Origin: Nitrospirota bacterium
GTDB taxonomy: Bacteria; Nitrospirota; UBA9217
DNA: 64,000 nt
NCBI GenBank assembly: GCA_963737155.1
Contig: CAVTRN010000002.1
Coordinates: 1,344,001 to 1,408,000 of the forward strand
Direction of reading: 5' to 3'
Below the pieces are notes generated by a model. That model was given only the letters and a program-made list of their open reading frames with translations. It did no database searches and was not told the DNA's origin. Positions within the stretch are counted from its first letter, which is position 1. Each line of letters begins with the position of its first letter. Both the position numbers and the translations under genes were made by a program. Of the stretch, positions 10,077 to 20,924 are shown piece by piece.

Positions 10077-10107
10077 AAGCAGGGCTCTTTATTAGCCCTG
10101 CTTTTTT
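10077..10107 (+). terminator. Rho-independent terminator ending the pil region
   Basis: AAGCAGGGCT-loop-AGCCCTGCTT plus T tract. Confidence 0.85.
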
Positions 10108-10455
10108 AATTACTTCTAGGAATTTAACCACCAATAATTGCGGTGTCCTGTTCAGACCAGGAAAAAACATTACCGATATATTTCTATGCGGCCGCCGACG
10201 CTAGCCCTGCAACGACCAAAAAATGAAGCATCTTATTGATTTAGAATGAGAGCATCGTGCCAAATGTTTTTTTACGTTGGTGTGGAAATAGAAAACAGCG
10301 AAAAGTGATAGAAAAGGCGGAAGCCGAGTAAAGCGGGAAAGCAAGCGGAGTTCAAAACCACTGGGGATGTAAGGAAATAATGATGGCGAGAAGGCGTTAA
10401 TCCTCGTGGTGTTGAGGGACCGTAGAACCAAACAGGTTTTTTGTCGTTTCTGCTC

Positions 10456-10656
10456 TTATAATTTGTTCTGCTGACTCATACGGAGGTTTTTCTGTCGTCT
10501 TTTTTGAGCTTCCCTTCGCTTTCTCTTCTTTTTCAGAGAAGGTTTCTCGTAAAAGCGTCTATTTTTTAACTCCCGAAATAGTCCGTCATGCTGTATCTTT
10601 CGTTTGAGCAAGCGGATGGCTTTTTCGATGTTGCGATCATCAACTCTTATCTCCAA
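10456..10656 (-). CDS. rpsU: 30S ribosomal protein S21
   Basis: IEKAIRLLKRK...ELKNRRFYEKPS motif; TTG start. Confidence 0.92.
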   Translation of the reverse strand: MEIRVDDRNIEKAIRLLKRKIQHDGLFRELKNRRFYEKPSLKKKRKRREAQKRRQKNLRMSQQNKL

Positions 10657-10982
10657 TTATTCTGTTTCCTTCCTCTGTCCCGATCAAATCCGCTCCGAGG
10701 ACCGCCTCTATTGCCGCCTGAAAAGCCACGATCTTTTTGAGGTCTGGCTTCACTGACATTGATCTGTCGGTCCGATACATTTGTACCATTCAGCGTAGCG
10801 GTTGCCTTGTCTGCCTCTTCGTCATTCGCCATTTCAACGAAGCCGAATCCCCTAGACCGCCCCGTTGCTGCATCAGTCACGATTTTGGCTGAAAGGACGT
10901 CCCCGAACGCCGCAAAGACGTCTTTAAGATTGTCTTCGGTCATCTGATACGATAAATTGCCGACATAGAGCTTTTTGGCCAT
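10647..10982 (-). CDS. RRM RNA-binding protein with Gly/Arg-rich tail
   Basis: RNP2 KLYVGNL, RNP1 RGFGFVEM; RBS GGAGGAG. Confidence 0.95.
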   Translation of the reverse strand: MAKKLYVGNLSYQMTEDNLKDVFAAFGDVLSAKIVTDAATGRSRGFGFVEMANDEEADKATATLNGTNVSDRQINVSEARPQKDRGFSGGNRGGPRSGFDRDRGRKQNNWR

Positions 10983-11226
10983 ATTCTCCTCCGTATTCAC
11001 GAAATTGTGCTGCGTTATCAGGTAACCGTCAAAATCTTGGTTTTTATCGCTAAATGGTTATTTGTTTCGGTTTTGCAGAGCGCTTCATCCTCTGTTAGCA
11101 CGGCGCAAAACAAAAAAAGACTGCGACCCTTATCCCTAAGTTTCTGCAGTCCAGTAATTGACAAAAACTTGCTATTTTTCTTACCTGAATTTGTAATGAT
11201 ACTCTTTATCTATCAGAAAAGTCAAT

Positions 11227-12591
11227 CTATTTCTTCTTCCGAACTGGGCTTTTCACAGCGGCCCGTTCCTCTCTTCTTCTTTTAGTATAGATATTCACCG
11301 GTGTTCCTGTAAACCCGAAGGCATCACGAAGATTGTTTTCAATGTAGCGAAGATATGAAAAGTGCACGCCATCAGGATAATTGACGAAGACGATGAAGGT
11401 AGGAGGCTTGATTCCAGCTTGGGTGATATAGTAATACTTGACCCTTCTACCGTGAAAAAGGGGGGGTTCATGATGCCTCACGAGCTGCTCAAAGACCCGG
11501 TTAAGCTCAGAAGTCGGAACCCGCTTCTCGGTCTCCGCGACTACTCGGTCTATTTCATCGAATACTTTGGTGATGCGCTGTCGGGTTCTGGCTGATATAG
11601 TAAGAACAGAGGCATAGGTAGCGAACTTGAGCCGTTGCTGAATGTCGTTCATGAAGCGCTTGTAGGCCTCTTCCTTGTCCGGAACAAGGTCCCACTTGTT
11701 GAGAACGAGGATGAGACCCTTCCCCTCCTCATGCACGAGTCCGGCGATACGCTCATCCTGCTCGGTTATCCCCTCGGACGCATCAATAAGAACCAGAGCA
11801 ACATCAGCGCGGGTCAGACTTTTCATGGCCCTTATGACACTGTACTTTTCCACTCCCTGGCTTATTTTACCGCGGCTTCTGATGCCCGCGGTGTCTACGA
11901 GGATATACTTTTTGCCGTAGTACTGATACACACTGTCAACTGCATCCCTGGTCGTGCCCGCAACCGGGCTCACAATCATGCGGTCCTCGCCGATAAGGGA
12001 ATTAACGAATGATGATTTGCCAACATTCGGTCGTCCGATAATGGAAATGCGCGGGATGCTTGCTTGTTTTTCATCGTCAGGCCTCTGTCGCGTGTCAGGC
12101 AGCATGCGCCCAAGTTCATCCATCAGATCGGAAAATCCTGCGCTGTGCCGGGCTGACAAGGGGAAAAGGGTGTCGATACCGAGGCGATAAAAGTCCGGGA
12201 TAAGCCCCTCATGACGGGTCCCGTCCACCTTGTTGACGGCATAAAGTACGGGCTTGCCCGAGGCCCTAAGCCAGTGAGAGACCTCGATATCCGCCGGAAG
12301 GAGACCCTCTTTACCGTCCATAAGGAAGATGATGATATCGGCTTCTTCCACGGCAAGTGTGGTCTGCTCCCGCATCTTGGAATACATGTCGTCCTCAGTT
12401 TCCGGCTCGAAACCGCCTGTGTCTACGAGCATAAAACGTTTCCCGTCCCACTCGGCTTCGGCGTAATTCCGATCCCGGGTTACACCGGGCATGTCTTCAA
12501 CGATAGCAAAGTTTCTCCCGATTACCCGGTTAAAGAGTGTCGATTTACCTACATTAGGTCTTCCTACTATGGCAACTACTGGTTTCGGCAT
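11227..12591 (-). CDS. der: Ribosome biogenesis GTPase Der (EngA)
   Basis: Two GRPNVGKS P-loops, DTGG/DTAG, KH-like C-terminus. Confidence 0.97.
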   Translation of the reverse strand: MPKPVVAIVGRPNVGKSTLFNRVIGRNFAIVEDMPGVTRDRNYAEAEWDGKRFMLVDTGGFEPETEDDMYSKMREQTTLAVEEADIIIFLMDGKEGLLPADIEVSHWLRASGKPVLYAVNKVDGTRHEGLIPDFYRLGIDTLFPLSARHSAGFSDLMDELGRMLPDTRQRPDDEKQASIPRISIIGRPNVGKSSFVNSLIGEDRMIVSPVAGTTRDAVDSVYQYYGKKYILVDTAGIRSRGKISQGVEKYSVIRAMKSLTRADVALVLIDASEGITEQDERIAGLVHEEGKGLILVLNKWDLVPDKEEAYKRFMNDIQQRLKFATYASVLTISARTRQRITKVFDEIDRVVAETEKRVPTSELNRVFEQLVRHHEPPLFHGRRVKYYYITQAGIKPPTFIVFVNYPDGVHFSYLRYIENNLRDAFGFTGTPVNIYTKRRREERAAVKSPVRKKK

Positions 12592-12916
12592 AATAATTGA
12601 TTAACCTTGATTGCGGAGGTTATACTTGCAGATGCGCCACATGCACCTTATGCTGAAGGCTCCAGTGAGCACTCAGCGTTCCTTTGATTATCTGCAAGGT
12701 TCAACTTCTTGCATGTGAAAACGGGTGATGCAAGTCATCCGCTGTGGTTGACAGGCAAACGTGGAAGGCGCCGCCTGTCTAGTATTGAGTTTCCGCTTCA
12801 GTTCTCATGAATTTGATATGCTAATATATCATCTTTAGGATGGGACTCCAAGAAAAATCCTTGCGAATGCCCCCTGTTTATGTTATTTTTCACGTTGTCC
12901 TCCTCGGTATATCTTT

Positions 12917-13385
12917 ATGCGGAGATATGTCGTTCTTGCAGTATGCCTGTTTTTCATTGCGGCACCGCCCGTCTTTGCAGGCTTTCTTACCGTTGGATTG
13001 GTAAGAATTGGGTAATATATTATACGAATACCTCTCAAAATATACCGTTCGAATACCGCAGCAGCGCTACAAAATAGTCGCCCGATGCATAGGCCGTAAG
13101 CTAGAGTTGCCCTCTCGCAGGCGGAGCAGGTGTCTTCCGAGGGCCGCTGAGACAAGTACGAGAGGGAAGGGCCATATTGGCGCAGGCTGGCGGCGAATCT
13201 GCATTTGAAACTCCGCGATTAGCGTGATAATTATAACTTGATTCTGAGGCAACTTGAAAATTTGGATAAGCAGATAAAATGCGCCGAACAACAAATAAAG
13301 CTTCTGAGTATAATCTGTGCATAAAAAAATGCAAATTTAAAGAAAAGTCTCGCATTCCGGCATAGCCATTATGCTGATTTAGAGT
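12917..13385 (+). pseudogene. Decayed DUF4124-domain secreted protein
   Basis: Signal peptide MRRYVVLAVCLFFIAAPPVFA, frameshift, YRWIGKNWVIYYTNTSQNIPFEYR, later DKYEREGPYWRRLA plus coiled coil with stops. Confidence 0.6.
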
Positions 13386-13825
13386 TGTATTGATGGCACA
13401 TTTGCCATTGCTGTTTTCATTCATCGTTGCTTACTACGTAGATGATGAATTTGAGGGCGACATTTGTAAGCCTATTCTGCAGCGATCAGATCTAATCATC
13501 TTACATAATTTCAGAACAGACACTGACTCGTTATCCAAAAAACATCCACCGCGTTGGCGAAGGCGACAAAAAAAAATGCCATCCGGTATTTTTAAATAGT
13601 AAGGAAGAGAAAGCTCGAAAAAGATATTGCAAATGAAAAGCGCAGACCCGAGGTTTGGTATTTCGGAGGAAACGCGCCAAACCGACGCCGATCCGGGATA
13701 TAAGCGGGAGTAATCCAGAATTACAGTTATAACGTGCTTAAGGCTCTGGCAACATCTTGCATCTAGGTCCGGCGGTCCGCAGCAATGGGTATGTCATCAG
13801 ACAATCCGATCGGCAGGAACAGGGA

Positions 13826-14494
13826 ATGAAACAGGTTATCATTGCAGAGAATGTTTTGCAAAACTTAGGGGAAAGCGCCACGTTGTTCAAGAGAGGCGGT
13901 TTGACCATTCATCCGGCTCGTTCTTCCGAGGAAATTCTTGTCCTTCACCGTGCGCATAATGTGGATCTCATCATAACGGATTTCGCTTTACCGCAGATGG
14001 GCGGTGTAAAGTTGTGTTCCATTATTCGCAGCGACTCCCGCCTGAAAGATGTGTCCTTGCTCCTGGTATGTGATGCCGCGGCAGTTGCGGAATGCCAAAG
14101 TGCGGGATCCAATGGTGTTATTTCGGCACCTTTTGGCGCAGCGGATTTATTTTCCCGCGTATCGGAATTGTTGCTGATTCCTCAACGGCAGGATATGCGC
14201 GCATTCCTCCACGTTTCTGTAGCGGAGGCGGAGGGGATGTCTTCCTTTCTCGGTGTTTCCCACAACATCAGCATATCAGGCATGCTTTTGGAAACCGAGA
14301 AGAACCTAAAAATCGGAGACCGCCTGCGCTGTATTTTCAGCATTAGCGGCCGGGAAATCGTCGCCGATGTCATAGTAGTGAGAGAAGTACAGGTAGCGCA
14401 GGGGAAATTTCGGTATGGAGTAAAATTTTTGAATCTCAATACGAAATCACTCATTATCATCAATCAATTTGTCATGGGTCGTATCAAACATTGA
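13826..14494 (+). CDS. Response regulator receiver domain fused to a PilZ domain
   Basis: VDLIITDFALPQMGG receiver; QRQDMR...NISISG PilZ motifs (RxxxR, [D/N]xSxxG). Confidence 0.85.
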   Translation: MKQVIIAENVLQNLGESATLFKRGGLTIHPARSSEEILVLHRAHNVDLIITDFALPQMGGVKLCSIIRSDSRLKDVSLLLVCDAAAVAECQSAGSNGVISAPFGAADLFSRVSELLLIPQRQDMRAFLHVSVAEAEGMSSFLGVSHNISISGMLLETEKNLKIGDRLRCIFSISGREIVADVIVVREVQVAQGKFRYGVKFLNLNTKSLIIINQFVMGRIKH

Positions 14495-14580
14495 ATTGAC
14501 AGGTTCCGTATCAGGGTGAGATTACTGAGCCTTCGAAACGTTACCTATCAGTGAATTGAAGTGTTTTTGGAGGGCATGCT

Positions 14581-17052
14581 TTGGACGAACGGTATAATTT
14601 CAAAAAAGTCGAAGAGCGCTGGCAGCGCTATTGGGCCGACAACAAAACGTTCAAGGTTGTCGAGGATGCATCAAAATCAAAATACTACTGCCTCGAAATG
14701 TTTCCTTATCCATCCGGCAGGATTCACATGGGTCATGTGAGAAATTACGCCATAGGCGACGTAATAGCCCGATATAAGCGAATGCGTGGATTCAATGTGC
14801 TTCACCCCATGGGGTGGGACTCTTTCGGACTTCCTGCCGAGAACGCCGCAATCAAACACGGAATTCATCCCTCAGCGTGGACCCTTGAAAACATCGCTTT
14901 TATGCGTGACAAACAACTCAAAAAGCTCGGGCTGTCCTATGATTGGGATCGGGAAGTAACGACCTGCCTCGAGGAATATTACCGCTGGAACCAGTGGTTT
15001 TTCATCAAAATGTACGAACGGGGTCTAGCGTACAAAAAACTCTCTTATTTGAATTGGTGCCCTTCCTGCAATACTGTTCTGGCAAACGAACAGGTTGTAG
15101 ACGGACTCTGCTGGCGATGCAGTTCCGTGGTGACGCACAAAGAACTTGAGCAATGGTTCTTCAAGATCACCGCCTATGCCGAAGAGCTTCTTGCTTATTG
15201 CGACAGGCTAACGGGATGGCCTGAGCGGGTACTTACGATGCAGCGAAACTGGCTCGGCAAGTCAGTCGGTGTTGAGGTGGATTTCATCATAGAAGGCTCG
15301 GGGGAAAAACTTGCGATCTTCACCACCCGACAGGATACGCTCTTCGGCGTGACGTTTATGAGTATTGCTCCCGAGCATCCCATGGTTGAATCGCTCATTC
15401 AGGGCCGGGAAGAGGCCGAGGCCGTTCGTTCCTTTGCCCAGCGCGTGATGCAGGAAGACAAATCGGTGCGCGCCGATGAAAAGCAGACGAAGGAAGGAGT
15501 GTTTACCGGGGCTTATGCGGTGAATCCCCTGAACAATGAAAAAGTGCCGATTTGGGTGGGGAATTTTGTACTTATGGAGTACGGAACCGGCGCAATCATG
15601 TCCGTGCCGGCCCATGATCAGCGTGATTTTGAGTTTGCAAAAAGGTACTCTTTGCCAATCCGGGTCGTGATCCAGAATTCGGAAATAAGTCTGGTCGCTG
15701 AAAAGATGACGCAGGCCTACACTGAAAATGGGGTTATGGTGAACTCAGGCAAATTCGACGGGATGTCCAATACAGAGGCAAAAGAGAAGATCGCCGGCCA
15801 TATTGAACAGAGCGGATTCGGAAAACAGACCGTCAACTGGCGACTCCGCGACTGGGGCATATCACGCCAGCGTTACTGGGGTACGCCGATTCCGGTCATA
15901 TATTGCGATTCGTGTGGAACTGTACTCGTTCCGGAAAAAGATCTTCCGGTCAAGCTGCCGGTTGATGTAGCCTTCACGGGCAAGGGCGGTTCTCCCCTGG
16001 CAGATTCCGTGGTGTTCCGCGAAATAACCTGCCCGAAATGCGGCGGTAAGGCGAGGCGCGAGACGGACACCATGGACACGTTTGTCGATTCGTCATGGTA
16101 TTTCCTGCGATACTGTTCGCCTAAAGAAAACAGCGTTCCCTTTGGCAAGAATGCTGCGGCATACTGGATGAATGTGGACCAGTATATCGGCGGCATCGAA
16201 CACGCCGTGCTGCACTTATTGTATGCGCGTTTCTTTACGAAAGTTTTACGCGACCTCGGTCTTTTCGAGGGAGATGAACCTTTCCTGAACCTGCTAACGC
16301 AAGGCATGGTGATCAAAGATGGCGCGAAAATGAGCAAGTCAAAGGGTAATGTCGTTGACCCTGACTTTATCCTCGCCAAGTATGGCGCTGATACGGCCCG
16401 GCTATTTTCCCTTTTCGCCGCACCGCCGGAGCGCGATCTCGAATGGAGCGACCAGGGCGTAGAGGGCGCATATCGGTTCTTGCACCGCGTCTGGACCATC
16501 GTGTTTAGGCACTGCGAGTTGGTTAAGAAGGTTAAATCCGTTGATCCTAAAGCCAAGGGAGACAAGCTGTACCGTAGAATGCATCTGACGATTAAAAAAG
16601 TGACCGAAGACATCGAACGGGAGTTTCATTTCAACACCGCGATCGCCGCGCTGATGGAGATGGTGAACGAATTATACGACTACGCATCGGGCGACGTGAC
16701 AGAAAAGCAACTGCCAGTGCTGCGTTCGGCGATTGACGCACTCACCTTGCTCATTTCCCCCTTCGCGCCTCATGTTGCCGAAGAGATCTGGGAAGCGATC
16801 GGGAATGATACGAGCATTGCAAACGCTCGCTGGCCTCAGTATGATTTGGATGCGATTAGCGCGTCGGAGGTGAACATCGTGGTGCAAGTGAACGGTAAGG
16901 TTAGAAGCAAACTTATGGTAGCCGCCGGAACTTCCGACAAGGAGATGGAAGCCGCGGCGCTTGCGGATCCAAGGGTTAAAGAATTTATGCAGGGCAAAGC
17001 ACCCCGGAAAGTGATCGTTGTGCAAGGAAAGCTCGTGAACGTAGTGGTATAG
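14581..17052 (+). CDS. leuS: Leucine--tRNA ligase
   Basis: MFPYPSG.HMGH, KMSKS, VQVNGK; TTG start. Confidence 0.98.
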   Translation: MDERYNFKKVEERWQRYWADNKTFKVVEDASKSKYYCLEMFPYPSGRIHMGHVRNYAIGDVIARYKRMRGFNVLHPMGWDSFGLPAENAAIKHGIHPSAWTLENIAFMRDKQLKKLGLSYDWDREVTTCLEEYYRWNQWFFIKMYERGLAYKKLSYLNWCPSCNTVLANEQVVDGLCWRCSSVVTHKELEQWFFKITAYAEELLAYCDRLTGWPERVLTMQRNWLGKSVGVEVDFIIEGSGEKLAIFTTRQDTLFGVTFMSIAPEHPMVESLIQGREEAEAVRSFAQRVMQEDKSVRADEKQTKEGVFTGAYAVNPLNNEKVPIWVGNFVLMEYGTGAIMSVPAHDQRDFEFAKRYSLPIRVVIQNSEISLVAEKMTQAYTENGVMVNSGKFDGMSNTEAKEKIAGHIEQSGFGKQTVNWRLRDWGISRQRYWGTPIPVIYCDSCGTVLVPEKDLPVKLPVDVAFTGKGGSPLADSVVFREITCPKCGGKARRETDTMDTFVDSSWYFLRYCSPKENSVPFGKNAAAYWMNVDQYIGGIEHAVLHLLYARFFTKVLRDLGLFEGDEPFLNLLTQGMVIKDGAKMSKSKGNVVDPDFILAKYGADTARLFSLFAAPPERDLEWSDQGVEGAYRFLHRVWTIVFRHCELVKKVKSVDPKAKGDKLYRRMHLTIKKVTEDIEREFHFNTAIAALMEMVNELYDYASGDVTEKQLPVLRSAIDALTLLISPFAPHVAEEIWEAIGNDTSIANARWPQYDLDAISASEVNIVVQVNGKVRSKLMVAAGTSDKEMEAAALADPRVKEFMQGKAPRKVIVVQGKLVNVVV

Positions 17053-17100
17053 AACACCTCCTATGGAGCGGAAGAATTTTAACTATTGATACGAGGCGTC

Positions 17101-17637
17101 ATGAATCACGTAAAAAAGTATACTATTGCGATCGCCGCATTCTGGATGATGGCAGCGCTCGCCTCCTGCGGCTACCATTTTACACCGGTGGGAGGTATCA
17201 TCCCGCAAGGAGCAAAGACCATTGCGATTCCGGTATTCCTCAATAACACTTATGAACCCTATATAGATGTCGAGGCCACGAAGGCTGTCGTTGAGGAATT
17301 TCTGACCGATGGCAGGCTCAAGGTCGTCAGCACGGATGCTGCAGATATTGTGTTGAGGGGGAAAGTTACCAAATTCGAGCTTGCTCCGCAGACGTATTCG
17401 ACTAATCCCTATGTAACCTCTTATAATATTACAATCTATGTGTCAATAAGCGTAATCGATGAGAAAACACAAAAGGTTCTCTTGGAGAACTCAAGTGTCG
17501 GAACGGTTTTTAACTCAGGCTATTCGGTGAGTTTGGGGAACATCTCCGAGACGAAGATAGCGAAATCGGCCGCCATCACGAATGCTTGCCAGGATCTCGC
17601 TTCGTCGATCAGGAGCAGGGTTTTGGAGGGGTTTTGA
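17101..17637 (+). CDS. lptE: LPS assembly lipoprotein LptE family
   Basis: Lipobox LASCGY; leuS-lptE-holA synteny. Confidence 0.8.
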   Translation: MNHVKKYTIAIAAFWMMAALASCGYHFTPVGGIIPQGAKTIAIPVFLNNTYEPYIDVEATKAVVEEFLTDGRLKVVSTDAADIVLRGKVTKFELAPQTYSTNPYVTSYNITIYVSISVIDEKTQKVLLENSSVGTVFNSGYSVSLGNISETKIAKSAAITNACQDLASSIRSRVLEGF

Positions 17638-17752
17638 ACTTATCAAAATCCAAGAAGGTCTGTTTCATGGGGACTAGTTCGGTATCCTGATGCAACCGAA
17701 GTTATGAAGATTCTCACTATTTGCAAGAAATTCCCTGGCTTTTTGGCGAAGC

Positions 17753-18751
17753 ATGACAAAATATCAAGACCTCATATCTAGCGTTAAAAAGCACAAGATC
17801 CTTCCGCTCTACTTGCTTTATGGTGAAGAAGCGTTCCTGATCCAAGAGGCTCTTGATCTCATCATCAAAGAGGTTGTAGATCCCGTTTCCGCAGACTTTA
17901 ACTTCAACACCGTTTACTGCCGCGACACGTCGGCGGCGGTCATTGTCGCCCTTGCGCAAACCCTGCCGTTCATGTCAAATATGCGACTCGTTATCGCAAA
18001 AGAATTTGACGCCTTCAAAGCCGGAGAACTCGAGGAACTCGTTCCATACCTCAACGATCCGTCTCCTACAACATGTCTGGTCATGGTTTCCAGCCAGGGA
18101 AAGTATGAAAAAAAATCTGTGGTTTCAGCGGTGGAAGCACAGGGGGCGGTCATCCGTTTTTATCCGCTTTTGGAGAGGGAGATCGTAGGGTGGATCGAAG
18201 GGTGGGCCAGGACGCGAGGTCTTTCCTTGCAGCGCGATGCCGCTCTGTATCTCTGGCAGATTATAGGAAATGACCTTCAGAAGATCGTCAACGAGCTTCA
18301 GAAAGTGGAAATATATATCAAAGAGGGGAAGACCGTTACGTTAGAAGAGGTAAAGATCGTGGTCGGTGATTTCCGGGAGTACACATCCTTTGACCTTGCA
18401 GCAGCTGTCGGGCAAAAAGACCGGGGAAAAGCACTCCTGATACTTTCGCGCCTGATCCAGGAAGGGGAGGCGCCAGCGGGGCTGCTAGGTTCGATTGCCT
18501 GGAATTTTCGTAGGATCCTTCAGGCTAAGGAGATGGAGGCAGCCGGAATCGGGCCTGATGAAATCCTGAGAAAGCTAAGGGTTATTTTTCACCAGACCGC
18601 TCTTTTCAAGGAACAGATGAGACGTCATACCGTGGATGAACTGATAGGGGCTTTTCCCGTGATGCTGTCAACGGATCGCGCCCTTAAATCAAGCGGCCTC
18701 AATGGGAAATTACTTTTAGAGCGTATGATCCTGAATTTGTGCAGTATGTAA
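17753..18751 (+). CDS. holA: DNA polymerase III delta subunit
   Basis: YLLYGEE, TLPFM..RLVI, GNDL...NEL.K; synteny. Confidence 0.92.
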   Translation: MTKYQDLISSVKKHKILPLYLLYGEEAFLIQEALDLIIKEVVDPVSADFNFNTVYCRDTSAAVIVALAQTLPFMSNMRLVIAKEFDAFKAGELEELVPYLNDPSPTTCLVMVSSQGKYEKKSVVSAVEAQGAVIRFYPLLEREIVGWIEGWARTRGLSLQRDAALYLWQIIGNDLQKIVNELQKVEIYIKEGKTVTLEEVKIVVGDFREYTSFDLAAAVGQKDRGKALLILSRLIQEGEAPAGLLGSIAWNFRRILQAKEMEAAGIGPDEILRKLRVIFHQTALFKEQMRRHTVDELIGAFPVMLSTDRALKSSGLNGKLLLERMILNLCSM

Positions 18752-18855
18752 CGAACGAAGAATGTTCGGCGATTGATTCCGGGCGCGGAGAGGGTAAAGG
18801 AACTCCCCTTTCAGCAAAAAAACCGAAAGGGGAATAAATTACTTTACAGGGACTA

Positions 18856-19125
18856 TCAAGCTGACGTGATCTTGCTTACCTTCGTGGAAAGACGCGAGAT
18901 CATCCGGGATGCAGTATTTTTATGTACGATGCCCTGTGAAGTCGCCTTGTCGTAAGCCTTCATTGCCTTAGTCAGGGCTACTTTTGCGACGTCGGCTTTT
19001 TTTTCGGCCGTGGCCAGTTCGACTTTTTTAGCTATCGTCTTGAGCGCGGATTTCGCTGATTTATTGATCAGATGCTTTTTGTCTGCCTGCTTCTGCCTTT
19101 TGATCACGGATTTGTGGATCGCCAC
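18856..19125 (-). CDS. rpsT: 30S ribosomal protein S20
   Basis: HKSVIKR...GIVHKNTASR..SRL; GTG start after AGGAGG. Confidence 0.95.
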   Translation of the reverse strand: MAIHKSVIKRQKQADKKHLINKSAKSALKTIAKKVELATAEKKADVAKVALTKAMKAYDKATSQGIVHKNTASRMISRLSTKVSKITSA

Positions 19126-19281
19126 TTCTTGCCTCCTTTGGGTTAAAAACAACTTATTCTTTTAACATAAAGAGGAGTGGACTGTCAAGAAAAAAAACCT
19201 TTTCTTGCCGACCCTTTTCTGATAAAGTTACCGCTCATTTATTAAGACTTAAGCTCAGTCAGTTGCATGAGGTGAATCTGA

Positions 19282-20859
19282 ATGTCCGAAAAGACGAGGA
19301 TCGCCAAGGCGGCAGGCGTTGTCGGTCTTGCCACCTTAGGAAGCCGCTTATTGGGGTATATCCGCGATATGGTCATGTCCTGGGCTTTTGGCACCGGTTT
19401 GGCGGCCGATGCTTTTTACGTCGCCTATCGAATCCCGAACCTCCTGCGCGAGCTACTCGCCGAGGGATCCATGTCAGCAGCATTTATCCCTGTTTTCACG
19501 GAAACGCTTACCAAGGAATCCCGGGAGAGTGCACATCATCTGGCCAATGCGGTGTTCGCGAGACTTCTCATCCTGCTGATCATCATCACCGGATTCGGCA
19601 TCCTCTTTGCGCCCTATGTGGTCAGGATTGTAGCTTGGGGTTGGTCATACAAGGCTGAACATGACAAATACGTTCTCAGCGTTACCCTGACAAGAATCAT
19701 GTTCCCGTATCTCCTGTTCATCGGCCTCGCCGCGCTGGCCATGGGCATGCTCAATTCCCTCCGGTCTTTTCTCATGCCAGCGCTTTCGCCGGTCATGCTG
19801 AACGTCACGATTATCACCGCAGCGGCTTTGAGCCTACGGTTCATGGCCGACCCAATCCTCGGCGTAGCTTTTGGTGTTGTTCTCGGCGGCATATGCCAGG
19901 TTCTTATACAGGTACCAGGGCTCCAGAAACAGAATATGATGGTTCGCTTCCAAATGGAGCCGACTCATCCCGGTGTCATAAAAATGGGCCGGCTGGTGTT
20001 GCCCGTATTCCTGAGTTCTTCGGCGAACCAGCTTAATATATTTATCGGAACCATCTTCGCGTCTTTTCTGAAAACTGGGAGCATTTCCTACTTATACTAC
20101 GGCATGAGGCTTATCCAATTTCCCTTGGGCATATTCGGCATCGCTATTGCCACAGCCGTGCTTCCGACCATGTCCGTCCAAGCAGCACGACGTGAACTTG
20201 AGGAATTTCGAGATACGCTGTCGCTTGGGCTGCGGATTGTTTTCTTCATCATGTTCCCGGCTATGGTCGGCATTATCACACTTCACATGCCAATAGTCAG
20301 CTTGTTGCTCGAACACGGCCATTTCGACCAGTTGTCGACACAGGGAACCGCGACTGCACTTCTTTATTACGCTATGGGTCTCTGGGCTTTTGCGGGAGTG
20401 CGTATCGTGGTGCAGGCGTTTTACGCGCTCCAAGATACCAGGACACCTGTAGCCATTGCCGTAGTCTCGCTTTCCGCCAACATTATGTTAAGCTTCTCTT
20501 TTGTCAGGTGGACCTCATTGGCGCACGGCGGGCTCGCTCTTGCTGTTTCTTTGTCTGCGATGCTCAATATCAGCCTGCTTACCTGGCAGCTCAGAAAAAA
20601 GATCGGCCGCATTGACGGACGCCGAATATTTAAATCTCTAATAAAAATTGTTCCCGCATCACTTGCCATGGGCGTGATCGGTTTGTGGATCAGCATGAAC
20701 CCCCTCTGGAATAAGGGCGGAAATACGTTCGTGAAGGCCCAACTCCTGGGAGGCTGCATAGCCGTTTGCATTATGTTCTACCTTGTCGTAATGTGGATAC
20801 TGAGAAGCGAGGAGTTGAAATTCCTGTGGGGGATGGTGAGGAGAAGGGAGCAGGAGTAG
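19282..20859 (+). CDS. murJ: Lipid II flippase MurJ
   Basis: SRLLGYIRD, AYRIPNLLRELLAEG, QFPLG; divergent from rpsT. Confidence 0.96.
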   Translation: MSEKTRIAKAAGVVGLATLGSRLLGYIRDMVMSWAFGTGLAADAFYVAYRIPNLLRELLAEGSMSAAFIPVFTETLTKESRESAHHLANAVFARLLILLIIITGFGILFAPYVVRIVAWGWSYKAEHDKYVLSVTLTRIMFPYLLFIGLAALAMGMLNSLRSFLMPALSPVMLNVTIITAAALSLRFMADPILGVAFGVVLGGICQVLIQVPGLQKQNMMVRFQMEPTHPGVIKMGRLVLPVFLSSSANQLNIFIGTIFASFLKTGSISYLYYGMRLIQFPLGIFGIAIATAVLPTMSVQAARRELEEFRDTLSLGLRIVFFIMFPAMVGIITLHMPIVSLLLEHGHFDQLSTQGTATALLYYAMGLWAFAGVRIVVQAFYALQDTRTPVAIAVVSLSANIMLSFSFVRWTSLAHGGLALAVSLSAMLNISLLTWQLRKKIGRIDGRRIFKSLIKIVPASLAMGVIGLWISMNPLWNKGGNTFVKAQLLGGCIAVCIMFYLVVMWILRSEELKFLWGMVRRREQE

Positions 20860-20924
20860 GGTGTGGAACGGTTTCAAATCAGTGCTTGATCAGGAGATTC
20901 CAGCTATGGAAGGAGATTAAAAAT

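Noticed and set aside
12600-12700. Structured leader upstream of der (CTTGCAGAT/ATCTGCAAG inverted repeat)
   Set aside because: A single 9-bp stem with no recognisable family or other support
13747-13762. Sigma54 promoter TGGCAACATCTTGCA upstream of the REC-PilZ gene
   Set aside because: GG-to-GC spacing is 9 nt, not the required 10
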